Below, piece by piece: positions 38,822-51,849 of a stretch of DNA of 64,000 bases. The position numbers were made by a program, and so were the translations under genes. The DNA is taken from contig CM082579.2 in assembly GCA_040954595.2 (NCBI GenBank), positions 2,906,345 through 2,970,344 of the forward strand, in the 5' to 3' direction. The notes beneath the pieces are model-generated. The model saw nothing but the letters and a program-made list of their open reading frames with translations, was not told the DNA's origin and did not search any database. Position 1 is the first letter of the stretch, and each line of letters opens with the position of its first letter. Source of the stretch: Balanoglossus misakiensis (lineage: Eukaryota; Animalia; Hemichordata).

Positions 38822-41800
38822 ACTGTTATAACGACTAAAACATTAGTGATATAGGGCAGTTTTTAAAAGAACTACACGTTTTACGTCACCACGGCAGTCA
38901 ACGGCCCTCGCTCCTTTCATAGTTGACTATCACCACAGCCCACAAGTGCTTCTACGCACAGATACACAGAAAAAAAAACATGTTTCATCCGAGTTCAAGT
39001 AGAAAAGGATGAACATTTATAACTTGCATTTGATATTTTTTCTCTGAAAAGAACTTGACAGAAAGTTAAAATCTGTTGATGTTAGAATCTGTATGTCAGT
39101 TTGTCAACCATGCTAGGTGCAGATGAACGTCTGCCCGAACTCTGATCACATTGTCGGGGAGTGCCTTAGCCCTTCTGTGTGGAATTTCGGACGCCTCCAG
39201 GCCCAATCAGTCTTCACCGAGTCTTCATAACATAAAATCCTTTCAAGCCCTTTTGACATGCAGTTGAAATATTTAAACAGAGTTTTCCCACATTCTAGTC
39301 GGAGGTGTAAACAATTGTACCACCGGCTATTGACCCATTGAATGCATACATTATGTAAGATTTATTTCCTCCGCCAAAAATGAATTAAGAAGTTTTAAAA
39401 TCATTTCATATTTGGCCAAAAAGGGTGCCGAACTATAGAGAGCGTACAACGTGGTTTTTGTTTTTTCCTTTGAACTCGCCGCCGAGGTGACTGTCGGTAC
39501 GTTTTGTTTTTGTCAAGGTGTTTTGTATTGAAACGTGTCTGTACAGTTAGCTCGTCTGCATACAAAAGGGAAAAACAACGTCACTACCAACCATCTATTT
39601 AAAGTTGCAAGCATTAGGAAAAAAAGCAACAGCTCGATTTTATAGCAATAACCCCAACACCCTGTTCACAACGCCGAATTTGAACATAGTAGTGTACTTC
39701 ATGAAAAAAAACCGTGGCAAAACGTTGTCTGAGCATGGCTTATCGCGTTCACACGATCAGAAATGCACAAATTATCAACATATTGACAATTTTGTCTTTT
39801 GTAAATCGGTACAATAATTGTTCAGAAAGGCATTTATGGCGGGTATTAATTCTGCTAATGAATCCGTTTATGAAGGCCAAACCCCACCTCCATAACTGCC
39901 TTCCTGCAATTAATTTCGTCCTCGAAATCGGATTTAAAGAGAGTTGCAACCTCAAATTATGGAATATAAAGCCGGCTACTTTCGTCTAGACAGCCTTTTG
40001 TGGCGATAACGCGTCGGGGCAACACATCATACCCCAGCGATACAGTCAGCGGCGTCCGCGCCGGCAATATTCTGACATTTGGGGTTGGTGGGATTCAAAA
40101 TGGCGGTTAGCAACCAACGTAGCGACATACGGAGTTCAAGTTCGGCGTTGTCTCGAAACTTCGATCTTTATCAGTGAGTATCACGCACATCTTATTTTTT
40201 TGTTAGTCTTTAGAGATACTCGTGACAAGATCTTGTGGAGAATTTATTTTCGATGTTGTGTTTTTCCCCGATATGGGTCACGGTGTAACTCTCCGTAGCA
40301 AACAGGAGTTGTCGATACGATCGGGACGATAGCGCCGGTATCCGATACAGCATTCATGTGTCGCACACATTCAAGACAAACTATGCGTGTGCTATGTGAA
40401 CGACCAAGTCGTAATTTAGCACAGGTCCTCCCTAACGGGACTTCAATTTGATAAGGCAATAGCAAAAAAACCTCACACACCCCGACAATGTGATCAAACT
40501 CGCAGACGTGTATTATTTTTCATGACTGCGGTACAGTGTTACCCCTATAGAGGCTTTATTGTCATTTTTGACAGTTCCGTATTATTAATTCACGCGATCG
40601 ATTTAAAATAATGATTTGATATTTCCTTCGCACGTTTGGCTGCTTCAACGACTCTGAGAAAGAGAGAAAAATGAAATAGTACTTCATTTGTCGCCCAGTG
40701 AAATAAGAGCACGTGCAATGTTTTGTTGCTTAGACTGTTGTAGGTCTTAAAATTTGTCAAAACAAAACCGAAGATGAGCCGAAAGACTTCTACTTTACGT
40801 GTACTTGAAATGAAAGTTCTAAAAAAAATAATCAACTGCCATATTGAAATTATCGAGATATTTTATCGGATATTTTTATCATAAAGTCGAATCACTTTAT
40901 TAAACTTGTGCAACTGTTCTTTTTCGGATGTTGATTATAATTCAAAGCAGACGATGGTTTCTATATGTTCTGAGTCTCGCGAGAAACTTAAAACCGTGCT
41001 GCCGGCATATGGCAGCTTTTCGTGTAGTCATTTTAGATATGTATAGAGATGTTCACGTTACGATCTCAGACTCTATTGGTTATATAGATTTTTTCCTTTC
41101 TATTGGTTCCCATGTCCCGTGATTCGTTCTTGTGTTTTTTTTTCTATAAAATTCTATATTTGGGTTTTCGCGACTTTTATGTACTTCTGTGTTTATTGAC
41201 GATATTTATACGAGTATAGAGATCTATTAATTTGAGATTTATTTTCTGTGCGATGTTCAGGTAAAAAGATAAACAGGCGGAATGAATTTTTCCCCCGACG
41301 GGACTGCATTTCACCTGTCCACCGAGCGTATAATCTTGCCACCGTGTCGTAGAGTAGGTTTCTTGTTAAATACCGATTGCCTTAATTTAATTAGCTTTCT
41401 TATCGGTTGCATGTTGTTAGGCGAATCTTTATCAACTTTTTGACAGTCCAAAAAAACGTAGATCACAGAAACGACGTAGTGTGGTCTACATTTGTGTACG
41501 ATAACAGTTCCCTTTATATAGGCTGAGTCAGTCCCTGTCGACAGTTTTTCCCGTATATCATATATCTCTATAAAAGTAACCTTTTTTTCTCGATATTTTC
41601 CGTGTTTCTGGCAATACTTGTCATGTCTTGCTTTTCAATCGCCAACATCAGGGACATCATTGTTTCATTGTACTTGATCATTTCTATGTCTATTTTTGTA
41701 ATTCCTGTCAGTTGTATGAGAATAAACAAAAACACAAATTTTGTTCACGAGATTGGTGTCTGAAGCGTCGTGTTTTGATATCAGACACCCGTCGGAGTTG

Positions 41801-41977
41801 TGGATGCTTCGCCGGCAGATGTGCTCTTTCCGTCCAACTTCTGGGAAAGCTGTTCCACGCATTTTGTTCATTTGGCAAAGCCTGGGGGAAATGCACAGAC
41901 AGGCGGCTAGACAGACGGACAGATAGACATGTAGGCAGACTGCTAAACAGACACGGTCGTAATCGCAAACTCAATCA

Positions 41978-42105
41978 TAGATTCATCCTGCCCACACCAT
42001 AGCGGATAGCCGAGTTTCGGCGGAATTTCACGAACAATTCTAGATTCATCCTGCCCACACCATAGCGGATAGCCGAGTTTCGGCGGAATTTCACGAACAA
42101 TTCTA
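41978..42105. repeat. Perfect 63-bp tandem duplication (2 copies)
   Basis: TAGATTCATCCTGCCCACACCATAGCGGATAGCCGAGTTTCGGCGGAATTTCACGAACAATTC starts at 41978 and again at 42041. Confidence 0.95.
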
Positions 42106-42723
42106 CAGTTTCGATCGAACAGACAGTATTCAATATGGCGGAGTCATTCGCGCGGGCTTTGATGGTTCGGGACCAGGTGAACCAACAGACGACAGCTGTG
42201 AAATAACACCTTGTCAAACGCGATTTAATCGTCTCGAACTTCGCGAATGGAGGTAGAATAAAAAGGTAATGAGTTATTTTTTCATAAATTGAATATCCTG
42301 GACTGCTTGTTGGTCAAAATTTTTATGGACACCTGACTAATCAGTCCAAAGTTGAATTCTCTAACCACAACACGACTTTCAAAACCTCACCCAGTCTAGC
42401 TATATTTAAAAATAGAACACACGGTCTCTTAAAACCGCCATTGTGGCCACATGTATCCAGGCAGCCCCGCATCGGTCGAGGTTATCAAACGGGTTGAACG
42501 GGAACCTTGAAAGGGAACGATTGTGTCTTAAAAGTTTGTTTTGACTCTAATTTCACATATAGCTGCATCTCAGATACCTATGACGGTGTGGCGGTATTTT
42601 TCAGCGGCAGCCAAATGTGAACTGAATTGATCAGTAACGCAGCAATGCAGGCATGACATTGAATCCTGATGGCGCCAGGCGACGATGAACGTCGAGAACT
42701 TGCAACTACATGGTCGCACACAA

Positions 42724-42755
42724 TTAATTAAATTAAATCGATTTAATTTAATTAA
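42724..42755. repeat. Perfect 32-bp palindrome
   Basis: TTAATTAAATTAAATCGATTTAATTTAATTAA; 16/16 base pairing checked by hand. Confidence 0.95.
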
Positions 42756-43357
42756 ACGTCTTCATTTCTATCGTGGTAAGTTTGGAATCTCAAAATGCCT
42801 TAGCTCTACATTTGCAGAGTTAGTGTAGTCCTTTTGGTCACAGATGTACTACCGGTTTCTGTATGTTTGTTGCGTTAGGACTTATTCCGGCACGATGTTT
42901 GTCAGAAATATCAACGGATTTGACAAATGACCCAGTCTAAAGCTGATTTACAAGGCAAGTTATAAAAATAGCAAGCTGTCGATTCTCATACAATTATGAC
43001 AGGACAATTCATTGCTATTAATAGAACCGCCAAGCCCCAACACTGTCGCTCTCGGAGGAATTTCTTTAAATGAATCTGATTTGTACCGTGACAGGGAAGG
43101 GAAACTTGAATCGGGACAACACGGATCTCAAGCGGAGCCAAACAACGGCCATCGTTTCTCCAAACAGAGCTAATAGCAGTAACAACAGAACAACAATAGT
43201 AAAATTACGTTTTATCGCTTTAAAATTGGTAACGCTTGAAAATTTGTAACGCAAAATCCACTGATCACACGACCTTCTGACAACGCATTGTACATATGTT
43301 GGAAAAAACATTGTGAAGCACACAAACATCTGCTCGAACCAACTTGAATGGTTATTG

Positions 43358-43500
43358 AAATGATTTAGTTAGCTAATTCCTGATTGGGTGTCTCCCAAAA
43401 TACTTAGTTAGCTCGTTCCTCATTGGTTGTTTGTTGAAATAGCCCCCGTTAGCTATTTCCTCATTGGATGATTCGGAAATGTTTTGATAACTCCTTCCTT
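43358..43500. repeat. Degenerate ~40-bp tandem repeat (3+ units), each unit with ATTGG
   Basis: GTTAGCTAATTCCTGATTGG, GTTAGCTCGTTCCTCATTGG and GTTAGCTATTTCCTCATTGG. Confidence 0.75.
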
Positions 43501-46500
43501 GTCAAGGTTACATAATAATATGTGTGCATTAAACATTTTCTAGTGAGCAATAACATGTTAATGATATTAGGTAATTTGCATGTGGAGTGGCAAAACTGGT
43601 GAATGTAGACAAGGTTTTATGGAAAAACTTATGATATATACACAGTTATTAAAATATTAATGTCATAATCACATCATATGCAATTCGGGAAGGGACGTCT
43701 TTGAGATACAGAGTATCGCGAGGAATTGGGCTTTCTCCTCCGGTCTGCTTAAGTCCGGGGTCGGGTTGACAAAATTTAATTTTCCCAGCTGCATAATGAA
43801 ATTCGGTTCTGCCTACCGGGTTATGTGTACATGCAACACTGTTGTGTTTGTTGACGGTTTGGGAACATTAATTTTCCAGATAGCGCGGTCTTAAATCAGC
43901 CGCGCATATCATGCAACACGCCACATTTAGTCAGTTTTACTGCGTCTTCAGAATGAGTTACGAGCCGTGAGTACACAAGCAACTAAAATTTACTGCGCTT
44001 AAACACACAGGCGGGCAAACAGTGACTCCGAGTTCAATCCTGCCTGCTAGTTGCCCAGGACTTTTAGTGGATGACCTTCTTCTCTGTTGCACAAATTGGA
44101 TAATTGACAGTGCATTTAAAATGATGAGAAAAATATTCCCCGGAAACCCAGGCTCTTGGTGATTTATGTCCCACAAAGACTAGATTAAACAAAAAAGGTT
44201 GAATATGCCAAAAAATCAAAATAATTCAAATAAAATTTTTCCCGGGACGAAAAGGTCGCAGTAGAAATACAAATCTTGATTTGCTGTTGTTTATGGGGAG
44301 TTAAAAGTCCACCATTTACAAAAAGAACTTCCTGATGTCCTCAGAATATTTTAATGTTAAAATAGTTGGCACAATGTACTAAGCTTATTGCGGTATATTT
44401 ACAATTATATCAGCCTCAGTCTTCACTGCAATTTATACGAGTTATATGTTTCGGGTTGGGTACAATTTTCCTACCTAACCAGACGTAGATATTTTAAAAT
44501 TCGTGCCGAGAGATCGCTTGTCCTCGCTTGTACTGTTTATCTTATTTGACAAGCGACCAAATACAAGTCGGTTCCCGCATTTAAAAGGAATTGGAGTGTG
44601 TGTGGTTTTTTCATGGTGTTCCTGTCGCTGTAGACGCCGCATCGGCTTTTTTGATGAGGGCAGTCGAGGAGGGGGTCAGGAGATTGTCACCATGCGACCG
44701 CCGAAAGTGCATCCAAATTTAGCAATGACTCAAGGGTGGGCGCTTTTATGTCCCGGTCCATCATATAACCTTGCTTCAGGCCAATACCAACTCGTGGTCA
44801 GTATAGGCCTCGCAAGGCCAGTCCAGGTTGGCGCCGTGACCAAACTTTAAACGAAATTCCAGTCGTTACTAAAATTCTACATGTGTTTGTGGATCTAAAA
44901 ATATCCAAAAACAATTTCTTTGAATTCTGTATATGTATTTCAAATAACAGCAACTAGAAAGGTTTGGTGTCAAGGCGACTTTGTGTCATGAATTCGTGGA
45001 ATTGAATTTTGTACAAATTTGTGTTAATACGGAATTCGTGATCGCATGGTCGACTGTTTTTCAGTCGTTAAAATTAAAGAAGTTCTTGTTTTTGGGATGT
45101 TTTCTATATCGTCACTGCAGAACACCATGGAAACCCCGCCCTCTCACGGTGAATTTTCCTCCCGTCGGATGGGTCTCGGGGTAACCTGTCAATTTTACAC
45201 ACCGGTCGAAGATAGGCACACTGTTCTTCTTGAAAGACAACGGTAGAAAAATGATGCAGAGAGGCAAGTTTATACATGTCAAAAGGGCTAAATATGTCCT
45301 GGACACTGGTCGTTTTGCCGAGCTTTGAATTATTTGTTAAGATGGATAAAATTTAAACCAAAATTAGTGACACGATAAATCCAGCAAATGGTATTAAAGA
45401 CATGATCGAGACATCATGAACAGGTACACAGGCTTTAAAATCAATTATACGAAGTAACCTTTGAGCACATCAACACGTTTAATCGGTCTCTTGCATCATT
45501 TTCCGACACCTCTGAACAGTGATTGCACCTAATTGAGCGGGTTACGTAATGACTGTTGTGACGAGACGTCTGGACCGTCACAGAAAATAGTCCACTGGCC
45601 CGTACGACCCCACACGCTATGCAAGTAGATATGGAACACGTATGCGAGTATATTACCGACCCCTCCGCCTCCCCTTCGTCTATTTCAAATAAAACGGACA
45701 TGAAACAGAATCGCACACGACATGATTTTTAACTGCATGTGTATTCAAGCAAGATTATCAGGAGCATATTCCTTGTTTTAGACGGGGAGGGGGACACCCA
45801 AGATTCGGTCCCACACCGTACCATACACGTGCTCTGATGGCCATGGTTTGAACCGTTGGGGGAGGGGGGTTAAAAGAGTATCGTTGGCGGTTGGGCGTTG
45901 GTGAGAGGGACTGAGAAATCAGCAAAAATAATAACTGTAAAGCCGTCGTCTTTTAATCAAACAATCAAACACGTAACAGAACATTTACCAATAAAACAAA
46001 TCGATTCAAATGGTTTACTACTGTAGCTCCCTGTATGTGATTTATACTCACAACATACTCCACGTTAATTTAACTAAGGACGCAGACATTTAATATTTCA
46101 TTTTTAAGAGAGTCGTCATGGCATAAAGTATATGCCACCCATAAATCAAAACGGGGAGTTTTGTAATTAAAATTTCGCAATTTCTCGCGATCGCATGTCG
46201 TCTGCACAGGAGGCATTTTGCCGCCATAGCCGTTCTACAGTTTGCTCAAGCATCACTCACGCCTGCGAGCGCTCGAACACCGGTAAATTCAATTTGGCCT
46301 CCTGCCAGTTTCTGTGCGCTTGTCACAGAAAGTAGGCTATATTATGTATTCATGAAATGTCAAAGCTATCAGGCTTTGCCCACATGCAAACACTTCGTAG
46401 ATTATAAATTATTACTTCCGTCTAATGCAAAAAATCTGGTCTGCTGGAAGGTTTTTGCCTTGAATACGGATCGCAAAAAGAACGTTATAGGGGGCCTACA

Positions 46501-47441
46501 TCCATAAAAGCAGTTTCTTAAAAGATAAAATCTACAATTAATGATTGGCAATATTTTATCAATACATCTTCGACAGAGATATGTTTGGAAATGTATGGCA
46601 AGAACAGTGACATATATGTGGGTGTCTATTGCAGCGGGCGCCGCGCGCGCGCGTACTGAGTCAAGGTCCATGATTAAAACAGCGCCCTCGGTGGCATAAA
46701 AAAAACTTTTCTGTATCGTAGCAAACCGGTAATTAAACCGGAACAATATTAACAAAAGGAACAAAAACAATTTCTCTCCGACGTAAAACAAAACAAAACA
46801 AAAACAGGTCCATCAATAATTTAAAATATGTACATTCAGTAGAATTAACACAAGGACCTTCAAATTATCCCTAATAATTCAAATCGATACAAAATGCCTT
46901 ATCTGGCGGTTACTCGCAGTACAAATTTGACGACAAATATTGGGCGATTGCGGGACTTCTTTGTCAGATTTGACATTTCTATAGACACGGTGTCGGAACC
47001 TGTTTGGTTCGATCGTCATGGCGATAAGGCAATCTCAGTCGGACATCGAGTCTTCGTCTAATGCGTTAATCACAAGTCTCGGTATCAAAAAATATCGTTC
47101 ATCGGTTTTACAAATTAATCAAGGTAATGCGCACACGTGTCGCCTTCTTCAAAAATAGAATTTGTTCTATTCGTGTCTGGTTTTCTCTTTATCCACTATT
47201 TGACTTAAGTGCAGCATTTAGTTTTCGGGCAAGTTTTAGCGTCCAATGGACATGGATGCGGGCACTACAACGTATAAAACACACAACTATAAGAAACTAA
47301 CGCTAGCTTTTGTTGGGTGACTTGCGGCTCGAGGTCGTGCTTGCCAAAATCCAAAAGCTGTCAAGATAGTACTAATTCTTAACCAGTCTGGCTTTTTCTT
47401 GTTTCTTGTTTTCTTGGGCTTCTGATACCGAGAGGTGGGGT

Positions 47442-47992
47442 TTAGAATCGACTGGAGGTCATAATCGCTCCTAGAGCATGCGCACTAGGGTTGTTGTTGA
47501 ACTGTTGTAAAGTGTTCTTGCTGACTGCGGCTGTACTCATGTTGATTGCTTGGTTTTGCTGCTGCTGGGCCGGGGAGCCGATGCTCGAAGTCAACGCTGC
47601 TGGCGCTGTTGGTGTTGTTGGCGTCAGTGGAGGGGACGAGACGCTGGTTGGCGCTGAGACTGGGGTTGTTGTGGTCACCGGCGTCGCCTCCCTCGGGGAG
47701 GAGTTCGCCGAAGTCGACGCCGACGTGACGGCGGCGGTGTCGTCGTTCGGATCCGAATCTGTCGAGCCGCGGGGTTTTCTCTTGGCCTCCTCTTTCTTGA
47801 ATTTCATGCGTCGGTTCTGGAACCAGATTTTGATATGCCTTTCGGTCAGATTCAACATGGCGGCCAGCTCGATTCTTCGCGGTCGCGATATGTACTTGTT
47901 GAAATGAAATTCCTTCTCCAGCTCCAGGAGCTGACTTCGGGTGTAAGCTGTCCGAGTTCGTTTGTTTTCATCGAGATCGTTGAAGTTAGCTC
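47442..47992 (-). CDS. Xlox: Xlox/Pdx ParaHox homeobox protein, terminal (homeobox) exon; exon 1 not seen in the window
   Basis: Acceptor actttcag|GA (phase 1), then [92 protein letters not shown] and ERHIKIWF are Xlox/Pdx1-diagnostic. The ORF-track portion 47993-48140 is intronic. Confidence 0.98.
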
Positions 47993-50900
47993 CTGAAAGT
48001 CGAACAAAGTGAATGATTTTAGAATATTTCGTTCGACATTTCACAGAATACCTCGTTATCCCTGCCCCAGCTGCAGGTGAAATGTGTCTCGCTGCCAAGG
48101 CTTCAATATACACAATTCTGACTATAACATAATAAACCACTAATACTCAGCTTTTTCATCTGTAACTGATGATCACCTGTGATCAAGGTTATATACAAAT
48201 GCAACAAATAAACACAAGTTAGCTAGATTCACCAAAAGATTGTTATTGTGTTATTAAAAAAATGTAACTGCCGACTATGTAGCACTGCACAGAGAAAAAA
48301 TCACAACTCGTTCAATTTTCTGATAAACTGAACTCCAGAGAGTGTTATAACTCTAGTATCTCCTTCAACAAAATAGTCTAATGTTTGCACAGATGCCGTG
48401 TAAAAGTTCGACTTATAGGAAACGAACGTTTCAAGAATAACATATGCTCAAAAAGCAGCTGCGGTGACTACGTGCATGTGGTCGAAAAATCAGTTTTACA
48501 CCACAGAAACACGTTTTCGCTAGAAAGGAGGGACGTCAAAACCAATCGAATGCAAACTTGGGACACATATTGATGGCGTTGAAGTTGAAAACTACTTCAA
48601 TGACCAAACGACTATGGTAATTATCGGACTCGCCGAATACTTTGCATAGTTTTTCCCCATCTCAACTTGCCTTTTTAGACATTGTCGATTTGATCAATGT
48701 TTTCATTCTTCGCCTTTCAATCTACCAGCTTACAGAAGTCGCATTACCATGATTTCTGATCGCGTTACCGATTTAAAAACAAATGCAAATTAAAAACTGT
48801 TTATTTTATCCAACAGACGACAGCCGAATTACAGTATGACGTTCCCACCACTCCTGGGATGGAAGGGAGATGTAATGAGAAGCAAGGTGCCTTGCTCAAA
48901 GGTACAACATCACGGCCATGATGTCCGGGTCAGGAACTCGCCATCCTATGATTGCGAGCTCGAAGTCGTGTCCGTGTCGCGCGTGCGGCGGAACCCACAT
49001 CTTCAAACCAATATTGAATTCTGAATCACAAATTGCATGTCTTAGCAAATCATGACAAAATTACCCATTGGCGTGTCAGGTGCAATAATTATAGCTACTG
49101 GAGGCGGAGGCTGACGCGGTCAAGGTAAAATTCCTTGCCGGGCGAAGTAAGCCGTTTTCGACCGCCGATCCTCAATTTCCAGTATCCGCATAACAGCATG
49201 CATGCCTGCGAATTTGCCGCCACACAGGACCGGCGCTCCCGTCAGGAGCACCAGAACATGTCGTTTAAAATAAATGCCGTTAAATGTCCATCAAGAAATA
49301 ACAGCTGTACACACAGGTAAATAGAGGTTTGTTGGCAGATCGTGTATGCGACATGAATTTTGCCACGGGCCACCAGTTTGTCGAAAAAGTCCACCTAAAC
49401 ACTGTAGTCACCGACCGCAATTTCGTTACTAAATTATCGGCGCTCAGTTTAAATTTGTCGCGTTGGTGCGGTTTGAAATTAAAAGTAAAAATAGGGACAA
49501 AAGCCCGACTGAAAATAGTGCATTATTCGCTTTCGGGACATGAGTGGTGCCAGCAGAAGTCTGTATTTTGAATCTGCGCTACAAAAGCGATACCTGTATT
49601 CATCAATACGCATTGATCGTTATATAGAGGTTTCTGGAACAAATATCTCCGGTCTGAGAAGAACAGATGGTAGCATTTGAAAGGGAGAGTTATTTGAATA
49701 CGTGTTTGGTACTGAAAATAGGACTCCACGAAGTAAAGCAAAAAGTGGAGGGTGGGAAGACATGAATTGCTGACGTGGAAACGCTAAACACATGAACACC
49801 ACACAGAAGTCGCTCGACAAAACAAGCTGTATAACTTAAATACTAGCCCCTGAACACAAATGAATACTTATAGTATCTTCAAAGTTATGAAATATCGACA
49901 CTGGCTTTAGGAAGTCTATCGTTGACTTACAATGACATCTGTATTCACGTAATTCCTACGGTGTCGTACGTAACACTGGTAAACGGACTCTCAAATTGTA
50001 ACCAACTGGAATACATACTCACAAATACTAGAAGTTTCACGCAATTCCATATCAGTCCTTCCGACAGGCATTGGTACTCAAATACCCCAAAGTACAGCTA
50101 CACAAATCTCGGACACGGAAAACAAAACCGCAACGCAAGAACCATTGCCGTTCTCTTCCTGTGAACCGCACACTCCGGGGAAAAAACCGCATTGCGACAA
50201 AAGTACAACGTGATATGCTACTCACACAGATGGCCTCTGAATACTATGCAAAATAGGTAAATTTGGCATAGCGTTAACAAAAGCAACAATGATTATGTAA
50301 AACTTGAATTCCTGTCAATCGTTCCGTGGTGTTAATGAAAGACTCCAACAATTGCAGATGTGACGATCAACTTGGCTATATCTATGAAGAACGGGGAGGG
50401 GGCAGCAAATATCTGAGAAACTGGGAACCTTTACGTCAATAACCAAGGGAGAAACTAAGCAAGATTAAAATTAATCCACCCTGACTCTCAGCTCTTGCAG
50501 GAATGGATTTCCTAGATTTATAATGGTTTCTTACTGTTTCTGTCTCGATATGGCCGTATAATGATCGGTCGATGGTTTGTTTGTACGTTGTTCACACCAG
50601 CGTACGACGATCATGATTTAGTGGCCAATAAATCGGTAACGGAAATTATTGCAGAACAAGCAAATATACTTCGAGATTGCGTTCGATACAGATTTAGTGG
50701 GGGATGTTTGAAGCTATTATTGGATTATTATTGTTGTTGTAATTGCCGTATTATTTGTTTTCGCGCCTAGCCTCATTTGCAAAGATTATTAATGTGCAGC
50801 GTAACATCGACCACCTACTGGCGATTTCGTTTACGTACAGGTAGAGTCCCCTAATCACCTTCCGCACCGTGTGGAACTTGTATGAATCCAAATTTCTACC

Positions 50901-51784
50901 ATTTCATTCATTACAGAGCGGAACGAGCCTGCATCTATACGTGGCAAGTGGTTACATTTTCGACCAAGCGTCTCTTTGAAAGAACGTTTTCAGCAACTGT
51001 AGAAATAGACGCGACGGATGTAAAACTCACAAACCGAAATAGCTCGGCTCATATTGATTTCATGTAATGAGCAATCCTGCGGGTATTATCGTCACACAAT
51101 TTTACAGCAGTCCCATAAATCATGTTATTTGCTGCCATTTAAAGGCTTGCAGCTATACAGACGATTGGACAATTTGCTGTTAAGCCCCGTGTAAAAAACT
51201 TCAAAATCTCGAAGGAGAGAACTCTTATCTGAACAAAATGAAATAGAGTGTCTGTGTGCTTCCGATCTATTTATAAATCGGATGACGAAACAGCAATAAA
51301 ATACTACCCCCACGCGATTTAATGAATATGAAAAAAATGTATTGGTCGATAGTCTTCTTGGTAGGGGTGGGACTGTCAGATGCAGACCAGAAAAAAAGTT
51401 TCTTGTATCGTCGCTAATATGCAATAACCTCCTTCTATTTATTGCTGCTATTGGTTGTAAACGCGTTCCTATCATTTGCCAAGCCATAAAATATACTATA
51501 CTGTTGCCCTCCGGGAAGAATTAAAGTACACTCTATAAAAAACGAACTCCGAAAGTTGGTCTACCCAGTGAACACGTTTTTGTTCAACCCAAGTACACCC
51601 ATTAATGGCCGCACGCTAGTTTGCCATCGTTATAATAAAAGCAAGTTGGTTCTCACCATTCTTAATCTGTGTTAGTTTTTTTCGCTTAAATTGCAGGTTG
51701 ACACTGAAGAGACGAAGGCTGGTCCTGAAATATACCCTATCAACACGAGCAGACGATATGTAATTGAATGCTTTTTTATTTTAC

Positions 51785-51786
<2 letters not shown>

Positions 51787-51845
<59 letters not shown>
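51787..51845. repeat. (CT)n microsatellite, ~29 units
   Basis: Read directly. Confidence 0.95.

Positions 51846-51849
<4 letters not shown>

Noticed and set aside
47993-48140. N-terminal 49 aa of the 232-aa ORF-track protein (MVYYVIVR...)
   Set aside because: Lies upstream of a canonical splice acceptor at 47993, has no ATG and no Xlox hexapeptide. It is intronic read-through.
50810-50821. CTCF-like ACCACCTACTGG
   Set aside because: A single imperfect match, expected by chance in 64 kb; not supportable without ChIP or conservation data.
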